DNA of 63,411 bases, filler included, from Octopus bimaculoides (lineage: Eukaryota), in assembly GCF_001194135.2 (NCBI RefSeq). It is 7 parts of 6 records of this genome, joined end to end, with 100 filler letters (N's around TTAATTAATTAA, not from the genome) between each part and the next. Parts side by side here need not be neighbours in the genome. Positions count along the whole stretch, not along the records: positions 1 to 6,302 come from NW_026430925.1; positions 6,403 to 24,065 come from NC_068987.1; 5 more parts are not named here. The stretch is one strand, 5' to 3'. Shown here in pieces: positions 1 through 10,800 of the stretch. The notes under the pieces were generated by a model that was not told the origin of the DNA, searched no databases, and was given only the letters and a program-made list of their open reading frames with translations. Positions within the stretch are counted from its first letter, which is position 1. Each line of letters begins with the position of its first letter. A program made the translations under genes and the position numbers.

Positions 1-19
1 TATGGAAGCAGCCGTCAGT

Positions 20-480
20 TAGAGTGAAAGGCGAAGGGGGGAAGCGAAAGAGAAAGAGAGAAAGAGTAAGAGAAAGTGGTAAAAAGGAGGGAGAGAGAGA
101 GATGGGGAGAAATGAGAGAGAGAGAGAGAGAGAGAGCTGAGGAGGACGATGAAGAAAGAGAGTGAGAGGACGTAGAGAGGGAGTGTGTGTGCAGAGAGAG
201 AGAGAGAGAGAGAACACGTAGAGAGAATGTATAGAGAGAGAGAGAGAGCGTAGAGAGAATTTGTATATAGAGAGAGAGCGTAGAGAGGGAGTGTGTGTGT
301 AGAGAGAGAGAGAGTGCGTAGAGGGAGAGAGAGCGCGTGCAGAGAGAGAAAGAGAGAGAGAGAACGCGTAGAGAGAATGTGTATATAGAGAGAGAGAGCG
401 TAGAGAGGGAGTGTGTGTGTGCAGAGAGAGAGAGAGAGAGAGAAAACGCACAGAGTGAGAGAGGAGTAGTTCTATGAAGA
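20..480. repeat. (GA)n-rich compound repeat with a recurring CGTAGAGAGGGAGTGTGTGTG block
   Basis: The block recurs near 170, 278 and 399. Confidence 0.9.
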
Positions 481-868
481 GGGGGAAGGGTGGGAGAGAG
501 CGTGTAAGAGCGAAAAGTTTTTTCGCCCAAGAACCGCCAATCGGAACTGTGGAAAGTTTCAGCTTCCACACAGACACATAGCGATAGACACACACACACA
601 CACATATATATGTATATATATATATATATATGTATAGATGTGTGTGTGTGTGAGTGTTACATACATGTATAGACAGACAGAAGTTCTTACACAGACAAAC
701 ATACAAATACATTCCATAGATAGAAAACCAAACTCTCACACACACACACACACACACCAGGCAGCGGCATTTGCGCCTCCCACCTCACTCCCCTCACCCC
801 CCTCCTTCACACACACACACACGAGTGCGCGTGCACGCACACACACACACACACGAGTGCGTGTGCAC

Positions 869-909
<41 letters not shown>

Positions 910-1080
910 GTCTCTGCCTCATCCTCACGCGCGCACGCGTGCAGTCGAACACACCCGTTTATATACACACACACGTAGAGATTTCTTTTATACACACATC
1001 CCTCCACAGTAATAGAAACGGTAACAGCTTATAGGAACACAATCACACACCACACATACACACACACACACACACACATA

Positions 1081-1123
<43 letters not shown>

Positions 1124-3441
1124 GTACACAAGTTCCTAGAAGTCGCACACACAAATACATATAGACATATATATATATACATGCACATATAGACATACAT
1201 ACATATACACGCACACGCACACACACTCACATACACACACTCATACACGCATCCGTGCCCCCGTCCCCCACCCCCCAGGGCGGTTCACACTCGCAGCCAG
1301 TCGCATTCAACCAACGACACAATTTCACCGACATCAAAATTCTTGCAGCACTCCAAGACTCAGTTACCGCTGCCTTCCATAAGAATCCTTGTATATACAC
1401 ACACACATTAACGCATATACACGTAATATATATGCATATAAACACCCCCTACACACACACATGTTTATATACACACACATGTATGTATATAAGTGTGTAT
1501 ATATAGTCCTATAGGCCACTATGTGAATACAAGGCTGTCTTTTAGAGGTAAGAAGAACCATTCTTTTACTTTGGTAACTTCGAGTTCTTTAATGTTTATA
1601 ATACAAAACCCTCCACAGGCACACATTCAGGGGCCCCTTTTTTCGATCCTGTCCCTCTGTCCCTGTTTAGCATTCCGGGTTCCTGTTCTTTGGTCAGTTC
1701 CGATCCCTTTGTCCATGCAGTTTCCATCCCAGAACAAAACTTATTATATATATATATAGGCATTTCAACACATTAGGGCCCCACCGATTTCTTTATTTTA
1801 TCGTTTTAATTATCTTTTTTAATGAATATTGTTTTGACGAAATCCCGCTGAAATATGTTTTCAAGAATCTAGATTACCGATTTGTTGATAACTTCCACAC
1901 AAGTTCTTGTTTTCGGAAGAATTTTGGATAATCTTTCTTCACCACCAATTCCCGAAATAGTTTCTTTAGATCTCTTTTTAAAATACGTGTTTGTAAAATG
2001 ACAATTTGCTGAGATCTATTTTCTAGGATGTAAATTACGATCACGTTCATAATATTTTTATAAAACTTTGTTATTCTGAAGAACTTTCCGACCATTCTAA
2101 CCTTTATCCCACATCCGATGTTGTTTACTTCAAAGCATTCTTTAAAAACATGCATATTTTTTGTTGTCACCATTTATTTATTATTTCTTTTTTAGAAATA
2201 CCTTCTCGATGGTATTATGTACATGATGTAGATAACATTAATTTAAAAAATAGTTTATTTAAAGAACTTTTGCACCATTTTCCTCCCGACACACACATCT
2301 CGGCTTTGCTTCCACGCAGATCTCTACTAAATACATATTTATATTAAAAAAAACAACATTTTGCAACAATATGTTTTTGTAGGTGTGTGTTATGTAATAA
2401 CGATTCTCCAAACACAGAAATCCGAAAACACACACACACGCAGTGGGAAAATGGTAAAGTTAACGGAAAATCAGTTGCGCCATGGTCGGGGTTTGAGAGT
2501 AGGAAGAAAAATCCGAAACTTTCTCCAAAGAAAGGAATAGTTTGTTTTGTTTTTTTTTGCATTCTAACGAAATAATTTGTAATATGGTCCTTAAAAACGT
2601 ATCCCCGTAAGGTTGCGTTAAAAAAAACATGCCTTTTTCAGCATGCTATGATAAGATAAAGAAATCGGCGGGGCCCTAATGTGTTGATATGCCTATATAT
2701 ATATAATGTAGAGAGAGAGAGAGACTAAGAGACACACACATGTTCTTTCCCTCTCTCCTTCTCTCTGCCTATCTATCTATCTGTCACTCTTCCATCCTAT
2801 CTCTGTCTGTTTACCATTCCGGGTCAGCGTTCCTTTACGTCCGACTAACGTCCGTCCAAATTCCACAGACACACACACATATATATATATATGCACAATC
2901 ACGTACACACACATACACATCGTTTTCCTCTCTCTCTCTCTCTCTCTCTATCGCGTAAGATGGGGCACGGACCTGTGTTTGGTTGTTTTCAAATGCTNNN
3001 NNNNNNNNNNNNNNNNNNNNNNNNNNNNNNNNNNNNNNNNNNNNNNNNNNNNNNNNNNNNNNNNNNNNNNNNNNNNNNNNNNNNNNNNNNNNNNNNNNNN
3101 NNNNNNNNNNNNNNNNNNNNNNNNNNNNNNNNNNNNNNNNNNNNNNNNNNNNNNNNNNNNNNNNNNNNNNNNNNNNNNNNNNNNNNNNNNNNNNNNNNNN
3201 NNNNNNNNNNNNNNNNNNNNNNNNNNNNNNNNNNNNNNNNNNNNNNNNNNNNNNNAAATATATACATAACCTGATATAGTGAAGTGTTCCCTGAGGGTCT
3301 GCCCCTGTGGTTGACCATCCATATGCATTTGAAAATTCCATTGCAAGGTCCCAAACAACTATAATAGGAAAAGCCCATGCTGGAACCTCCAAATAAGAAA
3401 CCTATCTTTATGCTTAATCTTTATCAGAGCACACACATGTA

Positions 3442-3492
<51 letters not shown>

Positions 3493-3494
3493 GT

Positions 3495-3870
3495 GGAGGC
3501 GCAATGGCCCAGTGGTTAAGGCAGCGTACTTGTGGTCATAGAATCGTGGTTTCGATTCCCAGACTGGGCATGGAGTGAAAACACCTTTATGCTCCACGAG
3601 GCTCCGGCAGGGGATGGTGGCGAACCCTGCTGTACTCTTCCACCACAACTTTCTCTCACTCTTACTCCCTGTTTATGTTGTGCCTGTTATTCAAAGGGTC
3701 AGCCTTGTCACACTCTGTGTCACGCTGAATATCCCCCGAGAACTACGTTAAGGGTACACGTGTCTGTGGAGTACTCAGCCACTTGCACGTTAATTTCACG
3801 AGCAGGCTGTTCCGTTGATCGGATCAACTGGAACCCCCCTCAACGTCGTAAGCGACGGAGTGCCAACAAC
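3495..3870 (+). mobile_element. tRNA-derived SINE (family B), full length
   Basis: A box TGGCCCAGTGG, B box GGTTTCGATTCCC, ~375 bp, CAACAAC tail; a second copy lies at 43103-43390. Confidence 0.85.
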
Positions 3871-4379
3871 ATACAGCAATATATGTATGTATATATCACC
3901 ATCCTCATTTGATGACCATTGTCCATGCTGGCATGGGTTGGACAGTTTGACCAGGGCTGGCAAGCAGGAAGCTACACCAGACTCCAGTCTGATTTGCCAA
4001 GGTTTCTGCAGCTGGATGCCCTTCCTAGTGCCATATATATTCATTCTCAAGGCGGTGCCCCAGCATGGCCACAGTCTAATGACTGAAACATGTAAAAGAA
4101 TAGAAGTATATATATATGTGTGTGTGTACAAGTATTTCTTTAGGTATACATTATTGTGCATATATGTTTGACTGTGTACTTTTTTGAGTTGTGTAGCCAT
4201 GCTGGAGCACCACCTTTAGTCGAGCAAATCAACCCCCAGGATTTATTCTTTGTAAGCCTAGTACTTATTCTATCATTTTCCAAACCGCTAAGTGACAGGG
4301 GATGTAAACACACCAACACCGGTTGTCAAACGATGGAGGTGGTCAGGACACACACACACACATTATATATTACTCTTTT

Positions 4380-4736
4380 ACTTGTTTCAGTCATTTGACT
4401 GCGGCCATGCTGGAGCACCGCCTTTTAGTCATGCAAATCAAGCCAAGGATTTATTCTTTATAAGCCTAGTATTTATTCTATCGGTCATTTTTGCCAAACT
4501 GCTAAGTTACGGGGACATAAGCACACCAACATCAGTTGACAAGCGATGGTGGGGACACACACACACACACACGACGGGCTTCTTTCAGTTTCCGTCTACC
4601 AAATCCACTCACAAGGCTTTGGTTGGTCCGAGACTATAGCAGAAGACACTTGCCCAAGGTGCCACGCAGTGGGACTGAACCCAGGACCATGTGGTTGAGA
4701 AGCAAGCTACTTACCACACACCCACCCCTGCACCTA
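4380..4736 (-). mobile_element. tRNA-derived CORE-like SINE (family C) with internal microsatellite
   Basis: Head with GGCACCTTGGGCAAGTGT, central (GT)n, 3' part ending CAGCATGGCCGCAGTCAAATGACTGAAAC; a further 3'-part copy lies at ~4180-4350. Confidence 0.8.
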
Positions 4737-5387
4737 AGCACCCACTACACTCTCTGAGTGGTTGGCGTTAGGAAGGGCATCCAGCTGTAGAAACTCTGCC
4801 AAATTAGATTGGAACCTGGTGTTGCCATCCGGTTTCACCAGTCCTCAGTCAAATCGTCCAACCCATGCTAGCATGGAAAGCGGACGTTAAACGATGATGA
4901 TGATATATATACACACACGCACATAAATGTTGAACAATGAGCGCTCGACACCGCATTGATGGATAGAATTTCTTGATTTGTGTTTTGAGGCTCCCATTGG
5001 TTTCATATCAAGAAAAACATCTTAATATTCTAACGATTTTTCAAGCTGATTGCATGGAGGAATGGTGTTTGTCTCCATTTTGGATGAAAACACAAAAATT
5101 CACAAATGTCCATTGTGTTGATTCAAAGGTTTTGCAATATTTTGGTAAGCTATTTGCTTAATTTGTCAAATTACAACAGAAGCAGCATTCGGAATCGAGG
5201 CCATTGTGTTATTCTGTCTGAAGCCGTATTATTTTATGCCAGTTTTTTTTATCCCATGCTAATATCGGTTTTTGTCATTGAAAATGTAGAGCTTTTTTGC
5301 TGAAACTCCCCCCTCCCCCCATCCTTTTGGTGATGAAGTGCTTCATGTGCAGAAAGTGAATCATGGGTCAGAAGTAATAATATATAT

Positions 5388-5553
5388 AGGCGCAGGAGTG
5401 GCTGTGTGGTAAGTAGCTTGCTTCCCAACCACATGGTTCCAGGTTCATTCCCACTGCATGGCACCTTGGGCAAGTGTTTTCTACTATAGTCTCGGGCCGA
5501 CCAATGCCTTGTGAGTGGATTTGGTAGACGGAAACTGAAAGAAGTCCGTCGTA

Positions 5554-5588
<35 letters not shown>

Positions 5589-5870
5589 NNNNNNNNNNNN
5601 NNNNNNNNNNNNNNNNNNNNNNNNNNNNNNNNNNNNNNNNNNNNNNNNNNNNNNNNNNNNNNNNNNNNNNNNNNNNNNNNNNNNNNNNNNNNNNNNNNNN
5701 NNNNNNNNNNNNNNNNNNNNNNNNNNNNNNNNNNNNNNNNNNNNNNNNNNNNNNNNNNNNNNNNNNNNNCCCCCCCCCCCCAAATCGCTTGACAACCGAT
5801 GCTGGTGTGTTTACGTCCCCGTACTAATAAAATAAGTACCAGTGATACACTGGGGTCAATGTAATCAACT
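5388..5870 (+). mobile_element. SINE family C copy spanning a gap at its internal (TA)n
   Basis: GGCGCAGGAGTGGCTGTGTGG head, CORE-like motif, (TA)n, gap, then the 3' part ATCGCTTGACAACCGATG. Confidence 0.8.
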
Positions 5871-6302
5871 AGTCCCCACACCCTTTGATTTACAAGTACA
5901 ACTCATTTTTTTCCCACCTGGGAGGACTGGAGCAATGTGGTGGTGGTGGCGGCGGCGATGATGATGATGGTGGTGATTATGTAGGGGTGTGTGTTAGTGT
6001 GTATGTCTTTTATGTTTTACTTGTCTCAGCCATTAGACTGTGGCCATGCTGGGGCACCGCCTACAAAAAATCTTCAGTCCAATGCATCATCCTACACAGC
6101 CACGAATATAATAAACTCCCATTTTTGTGTTAATTTGTCGGTTAGTTTCGTTAGCAATCCAAGGTTTCAACTAATTGAAATAATTCTGTATATATGTGGG
6201 TGCGTACGTGCGCGTGTGTGTGTCTGCTCCACTCCTCGTGGCAATTTCACTGTTGTCTTTCTGTTATTTTTACCAAATATTACAACACAGATCCCCGCCC
6301 AC

Positions 6303-6402
6303 NNNNNNNNNNNNNNNNNNNNNNNNNNNNNNNNNNNNNNNNNNNNTTAATTAATTAANNNNNNNNNNNNNNNNNNNNNNNNNNNNNNNNNNNNNNNNNN
6401 NN
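6303..6402. other. Artificial unsized-gap linker (44 N + TTAATTAATTAA + 44 N)
   Basis: The same 12-mer, which has stops in all six frames, recurs at 24110, 35522, 38703, 49123 and 57170 centred in ~100-nt N blocks; scaffolding artefact. Confidence 0.9.
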
Positions 6403-7089
6403 TATAATGGTTAGAAAAATAAGGATGCATGAGAATTGAGAGTTGTGTTAGGTTTAAAAAAAGAGAAAAGGAGCTAAAAGTTTGTGTTAAGCAGGAAGTG
6501 TGGTGTCAAAACAGGAAGTGTGTGTAAGGGGAGACAAATCTTTTTAGTTGGAGTTATGAACTCTTTTTCAACAGGAAGTTTATATCTGTTCCTAGAGACA
6601 ATATAATGTATTGGTATATTTATTTTTTTATATATTATTTTCTTCATTTTGTACTTCTTTGTAAAAAACATTTTCATTCTCCCTCTTCTTGAAAATTTGA
6701 TATGCAATGAAAGCCAGTTAGAAATCTTTATTAAAATATGCTTCCAGTTTAGCATTCTGCCTTATTATTATCTTTCATTTTCCTATATATATATACATAT
6801 ACATACATACATATACATACATACATATATATCTACATATACATGCATAAATGTATGTATATTCTCTTTTACTTGTGTTTAAGTCATTAGACTGTGGCCA
6901 TGCTGGGGCAAATTATGGTGTGAACATCACAACATAAACACTGTAGTGCAAAAGATTAAAGTATAACAATAAACCTTGTTATAAATCCCATGATGTAAAC
7001 AGTATGGTAAAGAACAGCAGAGTTTACTGGAAAGAAAGATATATGTAGAAACAAACAAGCAAAGACAGGGTAAACTGTTTCACACTCAC

Positions 7090-7133
7090 CTACGTCCATC
7101 CGATGCATAAATGGATTTAGATGCCAGCTTGTC
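7090..7133 (-). CDS. FAAH: FAAH coding exon 13 (44 bp), last exon identifiable
   Basis: ttttgctag|DKLASKSIYASDGR(S)|gtgagt; size and phases match the short exon expected at this position. Confidence 0.75.
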
Positions 7134-7820
7134 CTAGCAAAACAGGATTAATATAAAGTAAAAAAGCGAACAAACAAAAATGTGAAAACAAAATATTTTT
7201 CATTTAAAAACCATCCCATTTCGTTTTTTTTTTCTTTTATTTATTTGTTGAGTTTTTATTTATCTATTTATTTAGTTATTTATTTCTTATAATTTCAAAG
7301 TCTGAAATTATTTTCTATAATTTCAATGTTCACTCAATGGTAGATTCTCAGTTGGTCTTCACTATGAGAATTCAGTTGGTTTGTTCAGCCAAATGAATTC
7401 CTACTCATGAAATTACCATGCTAGTAGCTGAGTATTCCACAGACTATTTTCAGGCTGAATCAATGTGAGACGATGTGACAAAGCTGAAATGAGACAATTG
7501 GGTGCAGCTGTTTGGATGCTGGTGATTTGGCATGGCTGATTGGGACACTGGTCCTGCTTTGGTGACAGTACTTTTTGGCACTGAAGACACGCACACACAC
7601 ACACACATGCATGTGTATATGTGCAAAACTACATGCACACGTATGCAGAAACATAAACATACAAATAAAGAGAGTTGAAGAGAAAAACAAAGAGAGGGAC
7701 AGAGAGAAAGAGAGAGAGGGGGGAGATATTGCTATATATTAATTGAACACAGTGGACGTAAACATTTTCTCTCTCCTCATACACATAAAGAGAAATATAC
7801 TTGCACTCATAAACAGAGAG

Positions 7821-7881
<61 letters not shown>

Positions 7882-10800
7882 NNNNNNNNNNNNNNNNNNN
7901 NNNNNNNNNNNNNNNNNNNNNNNNNNNNNNNNNNNNNNNNNNNNNNNNNNNNNNNNNNNNNNNNNNNNNNNNNNNNNNNNNNNNNNNNNNNNNNNNNNNN
8001 NNNNNNNNNNNNNNNNNNNNNNNNNNNNNNNNNNNNNNNNNNNNNNNNNNNNNNNNNNNNNNNNNNNNNNNNNNNNNNNNNNNNNNNNNNNNNNNNNNNN
8101 NNNNNNNNNNNNNNNNNNNNNNNNNNNNNNNNNNNNNNNNNNNNNNNNNNNNNNNNNNNNNNNNNNNNNNNNNNNNNNNNNNNNNNNNNNNNNNNNNNNN
8201 NNNNNNNNNNNNNNNNNNNNNNNNNNNNNNNNNNNNNNNNNNNNNNNNNNNNNNNNNNNNNNNNNNNNNNNNNNNNNNNNNNNNNNNNNNNNNNNNNNNN
8301 NNNNNNNNNNNNNAGAAGATAATACTTACAAAAGGATAAACAAGGGCTGAAATAATTTTCCTAAAACCTTCTGACTTTGTAATAAAATACAATTCCTCAG
8401 TTGGACTTTCATATTTTCTGGAACAGAAGGAGAAAAATATGCAGATTGTACTGAAAGTAATTTAAAAGTGGGTATAATCTTTTTATTAACTAACAGAAAT
8501 ATAATACTATGTTCTTAATATATGATCTGCAGTTTTAATTGTTTTTTGCGTTGCTAAATAGAGTATAATTCTTTATATAAAGTAGAAAATTAGGAAACCT
8601 TGCATGAAACCAGTCTTTGGTGCAAGGAAAATATTTGGGGAACACAGGTATAGAATACTTACATTAATTTTCTCATCAAACGTCCATCAGAGAACACAAT
8701 TTCTACTGCCAAAAGCACAGCATCAAGGATCCTCGGAGGAGTAAAATCAATCACCTGTAAATTTAATGAAACAACAACTGCTATCAATGATAGACTCTTC
8801 ATAGGTGCCCTAACTTTAATGGTAGTGTGCTAAGATAGTTTGCTTCCCAGCCATATGGTTCTAGGTTCAGTCCAACTGCATGGCACCTTGAGCAAGTGTC
8901 TTTTATTATAGCCTCATGCCAAGAAAAGCCTCTCTCGGTCATTTCTTTGACTAAATCCCTTCAAGCCAGTGTTCCAGCATGGCCACAGTCAAATAACTGA
9001 AGCAAGTAAAAGAACAAAAGAATAAAAATAAAATATGAGATAAAACTACAACTTTGTTTTGTTTTCTTTGTAGTTTACTTCATATCTTCTTGTATTGTTC
9101 CAGCTTTACCCGACAAGTCTCTTTAAAATAATGATAACATTCTTACCATATGCCCTTTAGATTCCAATGCATTCTTTGCTAAAAGAACTGCTCTACGGCA
9201 GGCTGGTATGGTTTTATTTAGATTATCAGTCTCATAATATCCAATCCGCAGTTTTTTCTTGCTATCAAACAACTGAAAAGTAACAGAAAATAAATTTGTT
9301 ATTATAATTTCTTTTTATCACAAGTTTTGTTGGAATTCCTGGAGTCTTGCATGCAGAGTTCTATTTCCATTTCCTGCTGAATGTCTTCCTTACACCTAGG
9401 GTAGAGAAACACACTGTATACATCGGTAGGCCATTAAAATAAACAGACCAGATTCATCATTTAAAAAGTCATGTGATAAAGAAAAAGGGGAAGAAATACA
9501 GAGAAAAATGAAAAAATAAAAAGTAAGCAAAGAAAATAATGGAGAAAAAGGAAAGAATATTCACAGCAACAATGCTCTTCTCAGACCATGTGACGTACTA
9601 GTTAAGACAATCGCCTGCACTTCCTGCATGGAAGACATCAGACACCAGTAATAATTCTCAAAAAAAAAAATCTATGGAAATCAAGAAATACCATTCCTTA
9701 CATGATTCTGGAATTCTATAGGAGATATTTGGGGATCCATTTCAAAGACTTCTTGAGAAAACAATGCTTTTGTTGCCATAATCAAGCCATCAGCAGTCTG
9801 TGCCATTGGGCCTACAGAAGTCTGAACTGTAATTAGAGAAATGATGCCATTAATTAAATAAAGAACAGTAATTAAACAAACAATTTATCATTATAAATAG
9901 AATTGTTATATGCAGGTATAACTGTATGGTTAAAAAGTTTGCATTTTATCAGTGTGAATCAGATTTTGGTTACAACAGGCAGCAACTTGTGAAAATGTCT
10001 GCTACCAAAACTACAATAGAGCTGGGTAAAATGAGCACTACTCTAAGTTCTGGATTGGTATAATCAGCGGAAAGTACTGACAGTTGTGCCCCATTATGGT
10101 CGTAGTCCATAGATTACAAGCAGAAAAGGAATATCTGAGAAATTGAAAAAATAAAATTAAAAGATTGATATTGTTCAATCTTAGATCAGTTTTAATCAAA
10201 CAAACCACATTGTTAATTATGTATGCTGACACATTGTACATCCTGTAGGGCATGCTCCCTTCATTTCTTTCCAATCTCCATAGATCCTTCACATTCTGGG
10301 TCCACATCCCACTACTGCGTAGTATTGCAGCTCATATACAAGCATCATACAGTCTGTCTTTCACTCAGATAGAGAAACTCATTGCTGTTGACAGTAGAAC
10401 TAGAATAATAGATTCCTGAACTTTCTCCATTCTGTTCTTTCTCTGGTTGTTCTTCCTTGAGAACATATTCCATCACTGTTGATTAGGTTACCTAGATAAC
10501 TCCAAGACGTTTCAGAACATCTATTTTCTGTGCATTCTTAAGAGTTTATTGCCCCATCAAATCTGTCACATACAAAGACTTCTTCCTCTGTTAATCTGTC
10601 TATGATTCCACTACATCTCTAGTGTATCCATAGCTTGCATTAGGTATACCATATCGAATTTCTATCCATTTATTTTCTATATATCACACATGGTTATTTC
10701 CTTGATGGTAGTAAAGTTGTTTTCTTTCCATACATGCCAAAACTTCCAGTCTTTGCTAAGTTAACTTTGAGGAAGCTTTGAGTCCAGATTTTATTTTCAC

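Noticed and set aside
1874-2173. 99-aa ORF containing KECF, reminiscent of the FAAH SLKECF motif
   Set aside because: Coincidental 4-residue match; AT-rich, no other amidase motifs, wrong position in the gene
3495-3570. tRNA gene
   Set aside because: A and B boxes are present but continue into a ~375-bp repeated body; this is a SINE head, as are the heads at 5388, 42106 and 51186
6347-6358. Recurrent TTAATTAATTAA motif (six times in the window)
   Set aside because: Always centred in ~100-nt N blocks; an artificial scaffold linker, not a biological motif
7413-7580. Open frame CQKVLSPK...LLAW* as an alternative FAAH terminal exon
   Set aside because: Phase-compatible, but no similarity to amidases and a weak acceptor inside a (GT)n tract; unsupported without RNA data
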